Below are positions 49,073-58,403 of a stretch of 64,000 nucleotides of DNA, one piece after another. A model generated the notes under the pieces. It was given only the letters and a program-made list of their open reading frames with translations, had not been told where the DNA came from and ran no database searches. A program made the position numbers and the translations under genes. The stretch is from Bacteriovoracia bacterium. GTDB lineage: Bacteria; Bdellovibrionota; UBA1018; JBFWNL01. Position 1 is the stretch's first letter, and every line of letters starts with the position of its first letter. The stretch spans positions 96,001 to 160,000 of the forward strand of contig JBFWNL010000002.1 in NCBI GenBank assembly GCA_050251055.1. Reading direction: 5' to 3'.

Positions 49073-52027
49073 TTTCTCGAGAATCTCCCGCACGAGCTTG
49101 TGCGAGCCGATGGAGCGAAGGGCTTGCCCCACGTCACGGATCAGCTCCTTAGAGTCATGCTCGAGATCGATATTGTCTATGATGGGAAGGACCGCCGACT
49201 TGTCCTTGATCTTCCCCAACGCAACGATTGCCTGACGCTTCACCATAGGTTCGCGGTCCTTCAGGAGTGAAACAAGCATCGGCACGCATTCCTGAAGCTC
49301 TCCCAAGAAGACCTTCACCTGATCGCCCTTGGCTTTCCATTCCTCCAGGAGCTGTTGTCGTTGCGCTAGCAGGGTCAACTCGCCGATGGCGAACGCCGCG
49401 CTGGACCGCATGAGGGGGTCCGAGTGCATCAGCATGGGCTTCAAGGAGTCAATCACCCCTACGTGGCCAGCGGCGAAAAGCGCCATCGCCGCGTTGGCTT
49501 TCACGCGATTGTTGCGGCTCCCTAACCTGGGCAGGATCAGATCTGAACAACGAGGATCGCGAACCTGCCCCATGGCCTCGATGGCGTTCGCTACGATTCG
49601 TTCGGCCCGGGACTCCAAGAAGCCCGCCAGCTCGAGAACCCGCTCGGTCGAGCAAAGCCTTCCTACCGCACTAATCATGGCGGACTGAACTTTTTCAGAT
49701 TTTTCAATCCGTAACCGGGCAAAAACCGCATCCAGTGCCACCGGATCATTCATGGGCGCCAGCCGCACTAGCGATGAAACCGCCTCCTGTCGCACCCGCT
49801 CTTCCGGATCATCCAATAGCTTCACCAGGTGCGGGATCGCCTCGAAGTTCTTCGAATGCCCCAAAAGCCCGATGCTGCGAATCTTCAGGTCGATATCGGG
49901 AGCTTGGATGTTGCGTAGGATGATCGCTAGATCTCGGATGCGGATCAGCTCGAACACCGTCACTTCCTCCTCCTTGCCCCGTACTTTCTCTTTGGAAAGA
50001 TTCGCGTACTCCAGCAAACCTCTGACCTTATCTTCGACATGATTGGAAAAAACGATGCGCGTGTGCTGCCCCAGCTTGGAAAGCTTCTCGATACGATTGG
50101 CTAGATTCACCACGTCGCCAATCACCGTGAAGTCCATGCGATCCTTGGAGCCTATTGGCCCCGAGATAATCTCTCCGTGGGTGATTCCGACGCCGATCTC
50201 GATCGTGCGCTTCTGATCGGCCAATCGCTTCTGATTGAAGTCGGCCAGGCGCTCACGCATCTCAAGCGCGCAGTAAATGGCGTTCAGGGCGGTGGTCTGT
50301 GCGTTCGGTCCCGGGACGTAGTCATCGCCCCGAATCGTACGTACCTCATCGGAAGCGTAAAACACCGCGAGAATTGCGTCCCCGATGAACTTGTCCACTT
50401 CTCCGCCATACTTATAGACGATTTCCACCATTTCCGAAAAGTACTCGCTCAACATCGAGGTCACCTCTTCGGCATCCATCGATTCGCAGTGGTTCACGAA
50501 ATTACGAATGTCACTGAAGAGCACCGTCGCCGGAACGCGCGTTCCCTTTAGGCGGGCTCCGGGAGCATCGGGAGCCGCCATAATCTGCCGATAGGTGGAA
50601 TCCGAAAGGTATTTGCGCAGCTCCTTCTTCTTGCGCAGCTCGAATGTCATGCTATTGAAAGCGGTCAGCAGATCCCCGATCTCATCCGATCGATTCATCT
50701 GCACGGTCACGTCATAATCCCCCTCGGACACCGCGCGCAAAGCGCCCGAAAGCCGGCGGATCGGGGAGATCAAGAGTTGCGAGAACAAAACCGCAATCAA
50801 CAGCCCGATCGCCATCGAGGGCACGAGGTCGATCAAGATCTGCAGGCGTATCGCCGCAATACTACGCTTAAGCGTATGAAAGCTAAATAAGTACTCAACG
50901 AAGAAAAGCGCTTCGTGATTTTCGTTGTGATAAGTATTGATCACCGAAAGCAGCTTCTCGCCGCCCCTATCCACGAGCGTGTTGTAAAACCCCGCGTTCT
51001 TTAGCTGTTTCTCCGCCTCTTCCGGAAATTTCGCCTTATCCCCTCCCCCGGCGGCACGCGCTTCCATGGGCGCCGATCCCGCCGAGGCGACCGTGTCCGT
51101 CTCACTGTCGAAGAGTACCGCGCGGGTCCGAGTCGAGATGATTCGGATTCCCACAAGATTCTCGTCGGTGGCGATAATATTGCGGATTGCCGGCACGAAT
51201 TTGTCCTGATAATAGAAATAAAAAAAACTCGAGAAATCCGAGATGACTTTGTTAGTGGAGAATTGGGCAAAGAGCACGGAGTTGCGCGTGATCTTGTCCA
51301 TTTGCTCGTTCGTCTGGAGCCGCGACAGACTAAAGAAAACGATGGCTCCCGTGATCACGTTGACGGCCACGATCGTCACCAGGAACTTGGCGCGCAAGCC
51401 CACCAGGCGGCGCGTCCAGCGCGAGTACATGGCCCAGTAGACAGGCGACTGCAGGCGACGCACCGCCCACATCGCGAACCCAAAGGCGGCCAGCACGCCT
51501 AAGAAAATCAACAAAATCTGAATGCGTATGTAAGCCCCGCCGTAGGTGTAGAGCACGCCGAACTGACCGGAAGGAATCAGGATCTGAACGTCATAGTTGC
51601 GCCGGAACATGCTGGGCGCGTCCTCATTCAGCTTGCTCACGACTTCCGGAGGGGCCAGCCGTTCCGAGCCGGGCTGACTGGGAGCCGCCGCGGTCTTTGG
51701 AGGATGGGCTGAATCAAAAAGCACCGCCCCGGAGTTCGAAATGACTTCAATCCTGTCCAAGCGGGAATCGGAGTCGAGCTCGGCCTTGATGCCAGGAATG
51801 AATTGATCTTCGTAAAAGAAATAGAAATTCGCCTGAAAGAGGTTACGCACCTTGGCGTGCTTTTCCGTGACCGACCCCAAACAATCACGGGCGAAGGCTT
51901 CGAGCTTGTGGGATTTGTAGAACGAAAGACCCGTGACAAACGCCACGCCCACCAGCAGCCAAAGGGTCGCCAGGCGCAACGGAGTTGATTGACCGAGAGT
52001 GAGGGTACGGCCTCGCTTCGTAACCAT
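49064..52027 (-). CDS. Class III adenylate cyclase with duplicated periplasmic sensor, HAMP and C-terminal HEAT repeats
   Basis: Four TM segments; HAMP (PIRRL...DEIGDL..AFNSM); LFSDIRNF, KFIGDA and DFTVIGDVVNLANRIE; HEAT-like L..LL.D....VR..A repeats. Confidence 0.9.
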   Translation of the reverse strand: MVTKRGRTLTLGQSTPLRLATLWLLVGVAFVTGLSFYKSHKLEAFARDCLGSVTEKHAKVRNLFQANFYFFYEDQFIPGIKAELDSDSRLDRIEVISNSGAVLFDSAHPPKTAAAPSQPGSERLAPPEVVSKLNEDAPSMFRRNYDVQILIPSGQFGVLYTYGGAYIRIQILLIFLGVLAAFGFAMWAVRRLQSPVYWAMYSRWTRRLVGLRAKFLVTIVAVNVITGAIVFFSLSRLQTNEQMDKITRNSVLFAQFSTNKVISDFSSFFYFYYQDKFVPAIRNIIATDENLVGIRIISTRTRAVLFDSETDTVASAGSAPMEARAAGGGDKAKFPEEAEKQLKNAGFYNTLVDRGGEKLLSVINTYHNENHEALFFVEYLFSFHTLKRSIAAIRLQILIDLVPSMAIGLLIAVLFSQLLISPIRRLSGALRAVSEGDYDVTVQMNRSDEIGDLLTAFNSMTFELRKKKELRKYLSDSTYRQIMAAPDAPGARLKGTRVPATVLFSDIRNFVNHCESMDAEEVTSMLSEYFSEMVEIVYKYGGEVDKFIGDAILAVFYASDEVRTIRGDDYVPGPNAQTTALNAIYCALEMRERLADFNQKRLADQKRTIEIGVGITHGEIISGPIGSKDRMDFTVIGDVVNLANRIEKLSKLGQHTRIVFSNHVEDKVRGLLEYANLSKEKVRGKEEEVTVFELIRIRDLAIILRNIQAPDIDLKIRSIGLLGHSKNFEAIPHLVKLLDDPEERVRQEAVSSLVRLAPMNDPVALDAVFARLRIEKSEKVQSAMISAVGRLCSTERVLELAGFLESRAERIVANAIEAMGQVRDPRCSDLILPRLGSRNNRVKANAAMALFAAGHVGVIDSLKPMLMHSDPLMRSSAAFAIGELTLLAQRQQLLEEWKAKGDQVKVFLGELQECVPMLVSLLKDREPMVKRQAIVALGKIKDKSAVLPIIDNIDLEHDSKELIRDVGQALRSIGSHKLVREILEKLT

Positions 52028-52054
52028 TTGTTTTTAGGATAACTTGGCCCTCGC

Positions 52055-52801
52055 ATGCGGTCCACGAAACTCACGCTTTTCTCGACAAAATCACGGGTTT
52101 CACCTAAAACAGAGCTCGTGAAACCGGAAAAAAATGCCGGGCGTCCAGCCCCTCGAATTTTATTCGAAGACACTCACTTGGTGGTGCTAAGCAAACCCGC
52201 GGGTTTACTCAGCCAAGGCGAGCACACGGGTGACGAGAATCTAGTCGATTGGCTGCGTGGGCACTTCGGACGAAACTACGTTGGGCTCGTACACCGGTTG
52301 GATCGCAATACTTCGGGCTTGATGGTGGTGGCTAAGCGCACGAAATCCGCGCAAAGGCTGACGCAAGCCCTACAGACCGGCAAAATCTGCCGCTCCTACC
52401 TGGCATGGCTCTCCGGCTCGCTTCCACGCCCCGTGTGCTGGACACATTGGTTGAGCAAGGACGGGGACTCCAACACCGTACGGGTGGTCGCTCCCCATTC
52501 CCCGGGCGCGAAGGCAGCCCTCCTCAACGCCCGCCCCCGCCGGCCGGGCACCTGGGAAGGCAGCCCCATCACTCTGATGGAGATCGAACTCGACACGGGA
52601 CGCTCGCACCAGATTCGCGTGCAAGCCGCCAGCGAAGGGCACCCATTGGTAGGCGACGCCAAGTACGGATCGGCACTACGATTCCACCGTCCCGCGCTCC
52701 ATTCCTTTCGGATTCGCTTTTCCCACCCTATGTCGGGAGAGGAGCTGGAGTTCGTCGAGGAATTTCCCGGCGACTGGCCCACGGAGCTCAAAGAGGTTTG
52801 A
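52055..52801 (+). CDS. RluA-family pseudouridine synthase
   Basis: KPAGL, VHRLDRNTSG, TGRSHQIR and HPLVGD.KYG motifs. Confidence 0.93.
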   Translation: MRSTKLTLFSTKSRVSPKTELVKPEKNAGRPAPRILFEDTHLVVLSKPAGLLSQGEHTGDENLVDWLRGHFGRNYVGLVHRLDRNTSGLMVVAKRTKSAQRLTQALQTGKICRSYLAWLSGSLPRPVCWTHWLSKDGDSNTVRVVAPHSPGAKAALLNARPRRPGTWEGSPITLMEIELDTGRSHQIRVQAASEGHPLVGDAKYGSALRFHRPALHSFRIRFSHPMSGEELEFVEEFPGDWPTELKEV

Positions 52802-54401
52802 GGGCGGCTCCCGGCTTGAGCGGAAACTGCGCCGCAAAGCGCTCCGCGAGCGCGGAGATCGTAAGGCTTGGATTGACGCCCAAGTTCGCCGGCACCACAC
52901 TCCCGTCGCATACGTACAAACCGGGATGCCCGTAGACCTCTTGGCGTGGGCTCACCACGCCGTGGGCGGAATCTAAACCCATCCGGCAGCCGCCTAGGAT
53001 GTGCGCCGTCGCCGGGGTCCGTAACAAAACCTCGGAGAATGCGTTTTGGGGCTCGCCACCGATCTCGCGGGCGATTCGCTGAGCGGCGTCCTGGGCGACC
53101 GGAAAATAGCTGGGAATCGGCCGGCCGGAGTTTTCACCGCGTAGCTTTCCGCGTCGGAAGCGGAGTCGCAGGCTTTGATCGATGGACTGCATGACGAGTA
53201 GAATCGCGGTGGAGCGGGCCCAATCACGTACGAGCAATAATCGCAGAAGATTCGGGAATCGGGTGATGACTTTACCGAGCATCTTCAAAGGACGGCCGAT
53301 CGCCCCCCCGCCCGAAGTCAGCGGCACGGTGAGTAGCCGAAGCGCTCCGCTACCGGAAGGGTAGCGCACCATCTCCACCTTCGTATGTGAATCGAGCTGG
53401 ATGCTGGCACCGATGGCGAGACCTTTGGAGAAATCGCGATGCGCCTCGAAACTCGTCGCCCCCAGCAGACTCTCGCCGTTGGTGCGCACCGACTCGCCTA
53501 GACAGGGCGAAATTCCTGGCAAGGTCCGATACAGATCGCGATTTCGAAACAGGAGAGACGTTGTACCCAATACTCCCGCCGCCAAAACAACCCTGCGTGC
53601 GCGATAGACGCGACGGCGCGGGCGCCACCACGGCGCGGTCGAACTTTCGGCCTCGATCTCGTACTCACCCGAGGAAGGGGTGATGCGGGTCACGCGCGTC
53701 TCCGGTACTACTTCGGCGCCCCACTTTTCAGCGAAATAAAGGTAATTATAATCGAGGCTGTTCTTGGCGCCATGTCGGCAACCCACCATGCAGCCACCAC
53801 AAGCCAGGCACCCCGTACGACGAGGTCCCTGACCGCCAAAGTAAGGATCGTCGACTTCCACCCCGGGCTCTCGCTTCCCGCCCCTCCCGAAGAACACGCC
53901 TACGTCCGCTGGTTCAAAGCTTGCTCCCACGCCCAAGCCTTGGCCAAGTTTGCGGAGAAGTTCGTCCCCCTCGCTTAGGAGCGGGTTACGAACCACGCCC
54001 AGCATGCGCCGGGCGGACTCGAAATGAGGTGCCAGCTCCGCCTCCCAGTCCGGAAAATCGGGCGATATCGGCCACGCAGGGTCGCGAAAAATCTCGCGAC
54101 CGGGCTTCAGTAGGGTATTGGCGTAAACTAAGCTACCTCCCCCGACCCCCACCCCGTGCAAGAGCATCACCCCACGCAGCAGGGAAATTTTTTGAAATCC
54201 GAACCACCTTAAGGCAGGCAGCCAGAAATACTTTCGGGCGTGCCAATTCGTCTTGGGAAAATCATTGGCGCGAAAACGCTTACCCATCTCGAGTACCACC
54301 ACGCGATAGCCTTTTTGCGCGAGCCGCATCGCCGCGGTGCTGCCGCCGAAACCGCTGCCCACAATCAAGAAGTCAATTCGATCAGCTTCGCTTGAGCTCA
54401 T
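52788..54401 (-). CDS. GMC oxidoreductase, cholesterol oxidase (ChoD)-like
   Basis: GSGFGG, GVGGGSLVYANT, CLACGGCMVGC, TAHILGGC and NLGVNPSLTI motifs. Confidence 0.9.
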   Translation of the reverse strand: MSSSEADRIDFLIVGSGFGGSTAAMRLAQKGYRVVVLEMGKRFRANDFPKTNWHARKYFWLPALRWFGFQKISLLRGVMLLHGVGVGGGSLVYANTLLKPGREIFRDPAWPISPDFPDWEAELAPHFESARRMLGVVRNPLLSEGDELLRKLGQGLGVGASFEPADVGVFFGRGGKREPGVEVDDPYFGGQGPRRTGCLACGGCMVGCRHGAKNSLDYNYLYFAEKWGAEVVPETRVTRITPSSGEYEIEAESSTAPWWRPRRRVYRARRVVLAAGVLGTTSLLFRNRDLYRTLPGISPCLGESVRTNGESLLGATSFEAHRDFSKGLAIGASIQLDSHTKVEMVRYPSGSGALRLLTVPLTSGGGAIGRPLKMLGKVITRFPNLLRLLLVRDWARSTAILLVMQSIDQSLRLRFRRGKLRGENSGRPIPSYFPVAQDAAQRIAREIGGEPQNAFSEVLLRTPATAHILGGCRMGLDSAHGVVSPRQEVYGHPGLYVCDGSVVPANLGVNPSLTISALAERFAAQFPLKPGAALKPL

Positions 54402-55236
54402 GCTTCAGTTCTTGGTGTACCATCGGGTCTTCCAAATAGACGTCGGTGAGTAATCGTCGGCGCCGAAAACGGGCGCGTACCTTGTGAAACGGGATGGCGA
54501 GCACAAGCACCGCTTTCGTGAGGGGGGAAAGCTCCGCCATGGGCCGGGGTGAGATTCCGAGAAGCTCCACCCGACGTTCGAACATGCGCACGGTGTGATC
54601 GTAGAACTCACTAAATTGCCGGAGCACCCCATGATCTTCACGTCCGGTCTTACGCAACGTACGCAGAACGAACCGCTTCAGGAAACGTAAGGCCACCGAT
54701 TGCAAAACCGCCTGGGCCAAAAGGAAGCTCCGATCGCCGGGATGCTGCTCCAGCCAAGCGCGCGTCTCACGCTCGCCAAATCGCACGTGGGATTCCTCTT
54801 CCGCGAGCGCCGAATCCAGAAGTTTCGAGATCTCGGGATGGGAAATGGTGTCGGCCAAGGCGTAAAATACCGTGAGGACCAACCCTTCGCCTAAGGCCAT
54901 CTCCAGCGCTACGTGCTCACCCCAGCTCCCACCCATCATGCCTGTGGAGAGAAAACGAATAGCGGGATGGGGCGCGGCGGGAGACTCCCCGAGCAGGTGG
55001 AGGATTCGCAAAATTTTGCGCACATGCGAGAGCTCCTCCCCCGCCTGCTTGGCGAGGAAGGTTGCCGCGTTCAAGTGCGGGGCCCGATACAACCAGTAAC
55101 CGCACTGAATACCGGTAACCTCGCCGTAGAGAAACTGGTTGAAGACCCACCCCAGAAACTGCCGATCGCGCGTGTCCGTTAAATCGTAGCGCGCGCCTTG
55201 GAAATTAAAACTCAGCTGTGAACGATCGATGAGCAT
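54382..55236 (-). CDS. Ferritin-like di-iron protein
   Basis: YGE...EELSH...GEG...EEESH: two E/ExxH ligand sets. Confidence 0.8.
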   Translation of the reverse strand: MLIDRSQLSFNFQGARYDLTDTRDRQFLGWVFNQFLYGEVTGIQCGYWLYRAPHLNAATFLAKQAGEELSHVRKILRILHLLGESPAAPHPAIRFLSTGMMGGSWGEHVALEMALGEGLVLTVFYALADTISHPEISKLLDSALAEEESHVRFGERETRAWLEQHPGDRSFLLAQAVLQSVALRFLKRFVLRTLRKTGREDHGVLRQFSEFYDHTVRMFERRVELLGISPRPMAELSPLTKAVLVLAIPFHKVRARFRRRRLLTDVYLEDPMVHQELKHELKRS

Positions 55237-55300
55237 GCGAAACCTGGGATAGAGTGTAACCCGATTTGACCCCGATCGGGGGATGATTTAGGGTGGGTCG

Positions 55301-55969
55301 ATGCCCCCCACCCCGTCCGCGATCAACCAGGACTTGATCCGCTGCACGCGCTGCGCGCGACTGCGCCGGTATTGTGGGGAAATCGCGACCACGAAGAAGA
55401 AAGCCTATCAAACCGATACTTACTGGGGAAAACCCGTGCCCAGCTTCGGTGACCCGAAGGCTCGGCTATTGATCGTGGGGCTGGCCCCCGCCGCCCACGG
55501 CGCCAACCGCACGGGTCGGATGTTCACGGGTGACCGTTCCGGCGAGTGGCTGTATCGAGCCCTTCACAAGGCTGGCTTCGCCAACCAGCCACACTCTCCC
55601 GACCCCCGCGACGGGTTGACCCTCCAAGACTGTTACATCACCGCCGTGGTCCACTGCGCGCCCCCGGACAATCGGCCGTTGCCCACCGAAATCGCCGCCT
55701 GCAAGACCTACTTGGATCAAGAGCTTCAAGCCATGCCCCAGCTCCGGGCGATTCTCTGCCTCGGTCAAATCGCGCTGCAGGGCGCCTGGCCGCATATCGG
55801 TCAGGGGACCCGCCCCCGCTTTGGCCACGGGCAATCAGCGGATCTCCCCCGTGAACGCCGGCTCTTTTTGTCCTACCACCCCAGCCAACAAAATACGTTT
55901 ACGGGCAGGCTCACGGAGCCCATGTTCGATACGGTCTTTAAGCAAATTCGCGGTTTTTTAAAGACATAA
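55301..55969 (+). CDS. Uracil-DNA glycosylase family 5 (UdgB-like, Fe-S)
   Basis: CTRCARL, GLAPAAHGANRTGRMFTGDRSG, CAPP.N.P and YHPSQQNT motifs. Confidence 0.93.
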   Translation: MPPTPSAINQDLIRCTRCARLRRYCGEIATTKKKAYQTDTYWGKPVPSFGDPKARLLIVGLAPAAHGANRTGRMFTGDRSGEWLYRALHKAGFANQPHSPDPRDGLTLQDCYITAVVHCAPPDNRPLPTEIAACKTYLDQELQAMPQLRAILCLGQIALQGAWPHIGQGTRPRFGHGQSADLPRERRLFLSYHPSQQNTFTGRLTEPMFDTVFKQIRGFLKT

Positions 55970-56006
55970 CTTGGATTCGGCACGGTCGAGGGAGCGAGGA
56001 CTTACC

Positions 56007-58403
56007 TCATCTGCCCGAGGGTCCGCTCGGGATCAAGGCCTCCTGGGAAACCAGCCCGTCTTCCCAGGTGAAGCCCTTGCCGACTTCATCCGGATCCCCG
56101 CCGATCTTCTTGAAGAAGCTAAACAGCTCGAAAATTCGGCTCCGGTCGGCGCGGATATCCCAGCCTCCCGGGTGATTCTTCCACCACCAGAACTCCGCGT
56201 ACTGCCACAAATTATCCGGTGTGTAGCCCTTCGCGAGTAGGTAAGTGAACAAGCCTCGGTAGTCGACATCGTTCTTCAACTTCCCGCCCGGCAAATCCGC
56301 GATGGTTTGCCGATAGGTCGGAAACGCGGCCACCACTTCGCCCGTATCGAGCGCGCCGGAGCGGTCGGCGTCGAACCGGGTGAAAAGCGACTCGGTATAA
56401 TGCAATATCCCGGCTAACCCGTCGCTATCGGCCACGTCGATCGTACCGCGCTTCACGGACTGGGTCCGCAGGGCCGCCGCGATCAGATACCGCTTGAAAT
56501 TCGTCTTGGCCTCGGCGCTTAGCTCCCGATAATACTTTTGCAATCCCGGCATCCGCGCGGTGAACCGCTGGAGTTGGGAAAAGTAATACCCGGTGAAACA
56601 ACCGATTTGATATTGAGGCCGACCGAACATGGGTGGATCGAGCGGCTGGCAAACTGCACGCGCGCCGTCGTGAATGCGATCCGAGAGCCGTCGGATAGAA
56701 ACAAGATAGGAAATCAGCTCCGTGCACTCATTGAGGTCGATCGCATGATCTCCGTTGGCGTGATAAACGAAGAGATTTCCCTCACGGAAACGCAGGTTCG
56801 GCGCATCGCTATAACGTGGGTCGACCTGATTGAGTTCAATGCCCAACTCCCGGAAATCCGCGTAAAAGGTCTGGAACTCGGCCAAGCTTAAGCCCGGCGC
56901 GACGCCGGTCTTCATATCCCCATGGGCGTAACCCTGCGCTACGAAGCGGCAAGCCGCGTGAATCCAGTTCATCTGCGAAAGATTGTGGTACGAATGGCGA
57001 AGTCCCGCGGGATCATCCGAACTGAGCGTGATCTCGAGGTCATTGCCGTGAAAGAGCGGACGAAACTCCCGGATCAACGTGACTACATCTCCGCGATCAC
57101 CACGCTCCGCGCTTTCTCGCGTGCGCGCTTCTTCGGCCAAGAGCTCGCGGGAGGTGAAGGAAAGATCATCCCAAATCTCGTGCTTATCTGGCGTCTGAGA
57201 GCTCAACCGGCGAAACAAGGCCTCGAACCCGCCTTGCGTGCTTGCCCACTGCCGGAAGGCCACACGCGCGCGCTGAATGGCGCCCGCGCTAAAGCCCGGC
57301 GCTTGCCTACCCTGCGCATCGTCGCTCTCCCCGCCTAGTACGCGTTGAAAAAACGGTCGCAGGACAGATTTCAACATCGGCGTCGGCACGGACACCGGAA
57401 CGATCTTGAACTTTTCGTTGGCATCCAGCAAGCGTTCCAGCTCGCGGAATCCAATTACCGCTTCGGGGTGCCGGTGGATCGAGTTCTCAAGCGCGTCGAG
57501 TAAGAGTTCGGTCGCTTCCGTGAAGAGACGAAAACCGGGGCCGGAGAGCACTCTTTCTTCGCGCTCGAAGATAAAGCGCATGTGCAGCCACCATGCGTGG
57601 AGCTGGGTGCCCACCTTGAAGAGTTGGTTCCAGTCGCCTTGGCCCATACCCCGAATTTCCGGAGAAACGAAGATCGCCTTAAGCGCTTGCAGAAACTCGA
57701 ACTGCTCACGAATCCGACGCGGACCGATCCCGTCGCCGTCCTTTTCAAAGATGTACTCGAGCTCACGCAACAGCGCTTTGAAGTCTTCGAAGTCGTAGAA
57801 ATTGGATAACCGCTCAATTTCCGAGCCCAGGCGTCCGCCCGCCTGCATCACGTGCGACACCGCGGTCCGGAGCTGAACCTCGGAAAAGTCCGTCATTTTC
57901 CCGTAGATCAGGGGCATGTCGGGCAACAACAACAGGGCGTTCTCCCGAAGAATCTGCAGGAAGGCCCGGATCTTTTGGATTTCGTCGCGGGTAAAGGCCA
58001 CTTCCGTGCCGCCCACGAGCGCCCGCTTCAGCTTCATGAATTGTTCGAGCAGGCCGTTGGAAATCCGCTGACGACCCAGGAAGTATTTATGCAGGAAATC
58101 CTGAAGCTCCCGCGGCGTGTAGATTCCCGGCTTCTCGCCGCGCGTGTTGTCCAAAAAGAGCGCCAAGGCTTCCGTCGTGCAATCAAAGAGGTGGTTGACC
58201 TTCTGAGGCGACGAGCGGCCGTTGTAGTATTCGCGAATCTTCGCGTCGTAACCCTCGAGGCAGCCCGCTAAGGATTGGCCAATAGCCATGTTCGGTCCCT
58301 TGCCCGGGGCTTCCCGCAGGGCACAGGCGATCACGCCTCCGGTGGCCATGCCGATCCCGAGCAATCCGACCACGAGGGCGCGCATTCCCAGTTTAGAAAA
58401 CAT
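56007..58403 (-). CDS. Large helical hypothetical lipoprotein with EF-hand-like loops
   Basis: Lipobox VIAC; DADRSGALDTGE and ANGDHAIDLNE loops. Confidence 0.75.
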   Translation of the reverse strand: MFSKLGMRALVVGLLGIGMATGGVIACALREAPGKGPNMAIGQSLAGCLEGYDAKIREYYNGRSSPQKVNHLFDCTTEALALFLDNTRGEKPGIYTPRELQDFLHKYFLGRQRISNGLLEQFMKLKRALVGGTEVAFTRDEIQKIRAFLQILRENALLLLPDMPLIYGKMTDFSEVQLRTAVSHVMQAGGRLGSEIERLSNFYDFEDFKALLRELEYIFEKDGDGIGPRRIREQFEFLQALKAIFVSPEIRGMGQGDWNQLFKVGTQLHAWWLHMRFIFEREERVLSGPGFRLFTEATELLLDALENSIHRHPEAVIGFRELERLLDANEKFKIVPVSVPTPMLKSVLRPFFQRVLGGESDDAQGRQAPGFSAGAIQRARVAFRQWASTQGGFEALFRRLSSQTPDKHEIWDDLSFTSRELLAEEARTRESAERGDRGDVVTLIREFRPLFHGNDLEITLSSDDPAGLRHSYHNLSQMNWIHAACRFVAQGYAHGDMKTGVAPGLSLAEFQTFYADFRELGIELNQVDPRYSDAPNLRFREGNLFVYHANGDHAIDLNECTELISYLVSIRRLSDRIHDGARAVCQPLDPPMFGRPQYQIGCFTGYYFSQLQRFTARMPGLQKYYRELSAEAKTNFKRYLIAAALRTQSVKRGTIDVADSDGLAGILHYTESLFTRFDADRSGALDTGEVVAAFPTYRQTIADLPGGKLKNDVDYRGLFTYLLAKGYTPDNLWQYAEFWWWKNHPGGWDIRADRSRIFELFSFFKKIGGDPDEVGKGFTWEDGLVSQEALIPSGPSGR

